Source of the DNA: Candidatus Latescibacterota bacterium
Lineage (GTDB): Bacteria > Latescibacterota > UBA2968 > UBA8231
Length of the DNA stretch: 64,000 nt
Direction of reading: 5' to 3'
Assembly: GCA_965248265.1 (NCBI GenBank)
Contig: CBDFJF010000001.1
Coordinates: 512,001-576,000, forward strand
Both the position numbers and the translations under genes were made by a program. The notes beneath the pieces are model-generated. The model did not search any database. It was not told the origin of the DNA and saw only the letters and a program-made list of their open reading frames with translations. Positions within the stretch are counted from its first letter, which is position 1, and the number at the start of each line of letters is the position of its first letter. Of this stretch, positions 61,724 to 64,000 are shown in pieces.

Positions 61724-62271
61724 GCTGGCAACGACTCTTCAGCGATCTCGTCGAGGCGGGGGTTGGTGGCATCACGCTCGGACACCAGCGGTGGCGAGGC
61801 GCAAGCCCAGTCGAGTCCGAGAGCCGGATCGTCCCAGGCCACACCGAACTCGTCAGCACCTCCGTCATAATACTGATCGACGACGTAGATCAGTGTGATG
61901 TCGGTGACCGCCAGGTAGCCGTGAGCGACGCCGGGTGGTATCAGCAGCCCCTGCGGGCGATCGCCAACCAACTCAAGCACGTCACCTCGGCCCCTGGTGG
62001 CTGAACCGACCCGCATATCGAACAACCCGACGCGGAGCCTGCCGCTTATGCAGTGCCAGTAGTCAGCCTGTCGACAGTGGAAGTGGAGGCCGCGCAGCAC
62101 GCCGGCGATCGATTCCGAGCGATTGCATTGCAGCCGGGTCCAGTCTCGCTGCGGAAACCATTCCACACGGAAAGTCTCCGCGAACATTCCCCGCGGCTCG
62201 GAAATCCCGTTGAGATCGACGGTGTGGACACCTTCGATGCGATCGGACTCGACTCCCTTTGTCGCACTCAT
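61720..62271 (-). CDS. rmlC: dTDP-4-dehydrorhamnose 3,5-epimerase
   Basis: RGMFAETF, GVLRGLHFH, IPPGVAHGY, WDDP, SERD. Confidence 0.92.
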   Translation of the reverse strand: MSATKGVESDRIEGVHTVDLNGISEPRGMFAETFRVEWFPQRDWTRLQCNRSESIAGVLRGLHFHCRQADYWHCISGRLRVGLFDMRVGSATRGRGDVLELVGDRPQGLLIPPGVAHGYLAVTDITLIYVVDQYYDGGADEFGVAWDDPALGLDWACASPPLVSERDATNPRLDEIAEESLPA

Positions 62272-62300
62272 TTCCCCATTACCTTGTCACTGCTTCCTTG

Positions 62301-63005
62301 TCACACCTTGCCGCAGCATTTCTTGAATTTCTTGCCACTGCCACAAGGGCATGGATCATTGCGGCCGACCTTGGGCTCTTCACGTCGATAGGTTTCGACT
62401 CGCCCACCCGGAAACAACCGGCCCCCATCCAGTAGGTCCTTGGGCAGCTTGCCCTCGAGTCCCACTCGTGGTGTCTCCAGCCACTCATCCTGGAGCTCCT
62501 GCAGGGCGCCGTCGGTGGCGACCCCCTGCCCCTGGGTCTGCTCCGGATCCACCCCCTTCTCTTGACAGAAGAGGCCGAAGTCGGCGATCAGAGCCGCCCG
62601 GGGGGATGCCATCAGTTGCTCGAACTGGCTGCGATCGATCCCTGGCGGCAGCTCCAACCCATCCATGACCTGGGCAAGGTCCGCAGGCGCGCCGGCCTCG
62701 GGATCGATGGGGACATCCTCCCTCTCACCCGTGGCGACCACGGGAACGGCCATCTCCTGCAACAGTTGCTCGAGTCGAGAGACGGCTTCGGATGACCCCT
62801 CGGAACGTACCTGGTCGATGATCCAACCCGAATCCTCACCGTCGTCGAGCAACTCGACGATTTCCTCGGCCGAGAACCGGGTGATCCCGCCTTGCTCGCA
62901 CAGATCACGAAGCTGTATCAATCGTGAATTTTCCAAAACGGTCGCCTTTTGATCATGACACTGCCAAATGCCCACGGCTGGTTTCGCCAATCTATCTTCG
63001 GTCAC
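62301..63005 (-). CDS. SEC-C motif protein (start uncertain)
   Basis: C-terminal [19 protein letters not shown]. Confidence 0.85.
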   Translation of the reverse strand: MTEDRLAKPAVGIWQCHDQKATVLENSRLIQLRDLCEQGGITRFSAEEIVELLDDGEDSGWIIDQVRSEGSSEAVSRLEQLLQEMAVPVVATGEREDVPIDPEAGAPADLAQVMDGLELPPGIDRSQFEQLMASPRAALIADFGLFCQEKGVDPEQTQGQGVATDGALQELQDEWLETPRVGLEGKLPKDLLDGGRLFPGGRVETYRREEPKVGRNDPCPCGSGKKFKKCCGKV

Positions 63006-63257
63006 CGGTCATGTCAAAACATCAGAACTCGCCATAAGATGGTGAGACCGGACTGGCATCTGGTGCATCAAATAGTTGAGAGAGCCTCAGAATTCTGACC
63101 CGAGATGCGACCGAAATCTGCGAGTTCTCAGCTATTCGAGAGCCTCCCGTTGGAGTTGATTCGGCGCCACCCTCGGTCAAAAAAAAGATTCTATATCGAA
63201 TATTAACAATGTGTTAAATCTGCTCTCAATGGCTCTTTGCAACGACTTTGTGATAAC

Positions 63258-63273
63258 GGGCACACCTCTTGCT
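63258..63273 (+). promoter_or_regulatory. Sigma54 -24/-12 promoter upstream of the ECF sigma gene
   Basis: GGGCACACCTCTTGCT matches GGCAC-N5-TTGC; IHF-like TAACAATGTGTTA at 63204-63216. Confidence 0.7.
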
Positions 63274-63334
63274 CAAATGCTGTGTGATTGAAGCTCAAAC
63301 CCAAGCGGACCGAAATAATAGAAAGGGCACTCTC

Positions 63335-63976
63335 GTGACTCAGACCCTGATTGAAACGCCCGAGCAACTATCCGACAAAGCGGTTCTCATGAAGGCCACA
63401 ACTGACGCGAGTTATCTCGCCATTCTCGTCCGTCGCTACCGGATTCCATTACAAAACTTCGTCTACCGATTTGTGGGTGATCGAGAAACGGCCGAGGACA
63501 TCGTGCAGGAGACCTTTCTGCGCTGCCTGAGACATCGTCACCAGTACCCGGCCATCGAGCAGGTTTCAACCTGGTTATACACCATCGCCGGCAACCTGGC
63601 CAAGACTGAACTGCGTCGCCGCAAGCGCTGGCACTGGGTACCGATAGGCCCCAACGAGGATGACGAGGTGCGCACGTCGTTTTACGAACCCGTCGACAAG
63701 GACGTACTGCCGGGTGAGATCACGGATACCAAAACGGTTCAGGGAACCGTCGTGAAGGCCATTCATGCGTTGCCCGAGGAGTTTCGTGAGGCCGTACAGC
63801 TACGGGACCTGAATGGACTCTCCTACGACGAGATCGCCAAGATCATCGAATGCCCCGTGGGCACGGTGAAGTCGAGGGTGAATCGGGGCCGTATCCGCCT
63901 GCAGCGCAACCTGCGAGGATTGGCTGAGGAAGTCATCGGTACCCTCAACCGCAATCCAGCCCTGAGCGTTGGCTGA
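63335..63976 (+). CDS. ECF sigma factor (RpoE/SigW-like)
   Basis: AEDIVQETF, STWLYTIAGN, LSYDEIA, GTVKSRVNRGR. Confidence 0.93.
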   Translation: MTQTLIETPEQLSDKAVLMKATTDASYLAILVRRYRIPLQNFVYRFVGDRETAEDIVQETFLRCLRHRHQYPAIEQVSTWLYTIAGNLAKTELRRRKRWHWVPIGPNEDDEVRTSFYEPVDKDVLPGEITDTKTVQGTVVKAIHALPEEFREAVQLRDLNGLSYDEIAKIIECPVGTVKSRVNRGRIRLQRNLRGLAEEVIGTLNRNPALSVG

Positions 63977-64000
63977 AACGCTGCCAGCGCGCTAAAAAGC

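Overview
GC-rich chromosomal window from a diderm bacterium. The FlgD/T9SS-type C-terminal domains and a UBact locus suggest an FCB-group candidate lineage such as Latescibacterota (inference). It opens with an arc-dop-ubact-prcB-prcA-pafA proteasome operon (arc is cut by the window edge). Housekeeping genes include gatB, guaA, tyrS, dapAB, a short purH, rpoZ, fabI, rpoN, lptB, an lptC/A fusion, pyrG, gatC, smc and rmlC, plus signalling genes (HD-GYP, HDOD, an FleSR/FlrBC-like pair, an ECF sigma). A small island at tRNA-Val(TAC) carries a tyrosine integrase, a frameshifted diadenylate-cyclase-fold gene coupled to a HEPN-like helical protein, and an Mrr fragment cut by an IS3-family element with no target duplication. 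The best leads are: (1) the DAC-like/HEPN-like cassette as a candidate nucleotide-signalling defence system; (2) a complete Tyr-rich leader-peptide attenuator upstream of tyrS, missed by the ORF track; (3) several sigma54 promoters with IHF-like and palindromic enhancer-like sites, one pointing into a G-rich 66-bp repeat array between lptB and rpoN; (4) a sigma28-like promoter driving a 67-aa orphan protein. All family calls come from motifs read by eye; no database searches were run.
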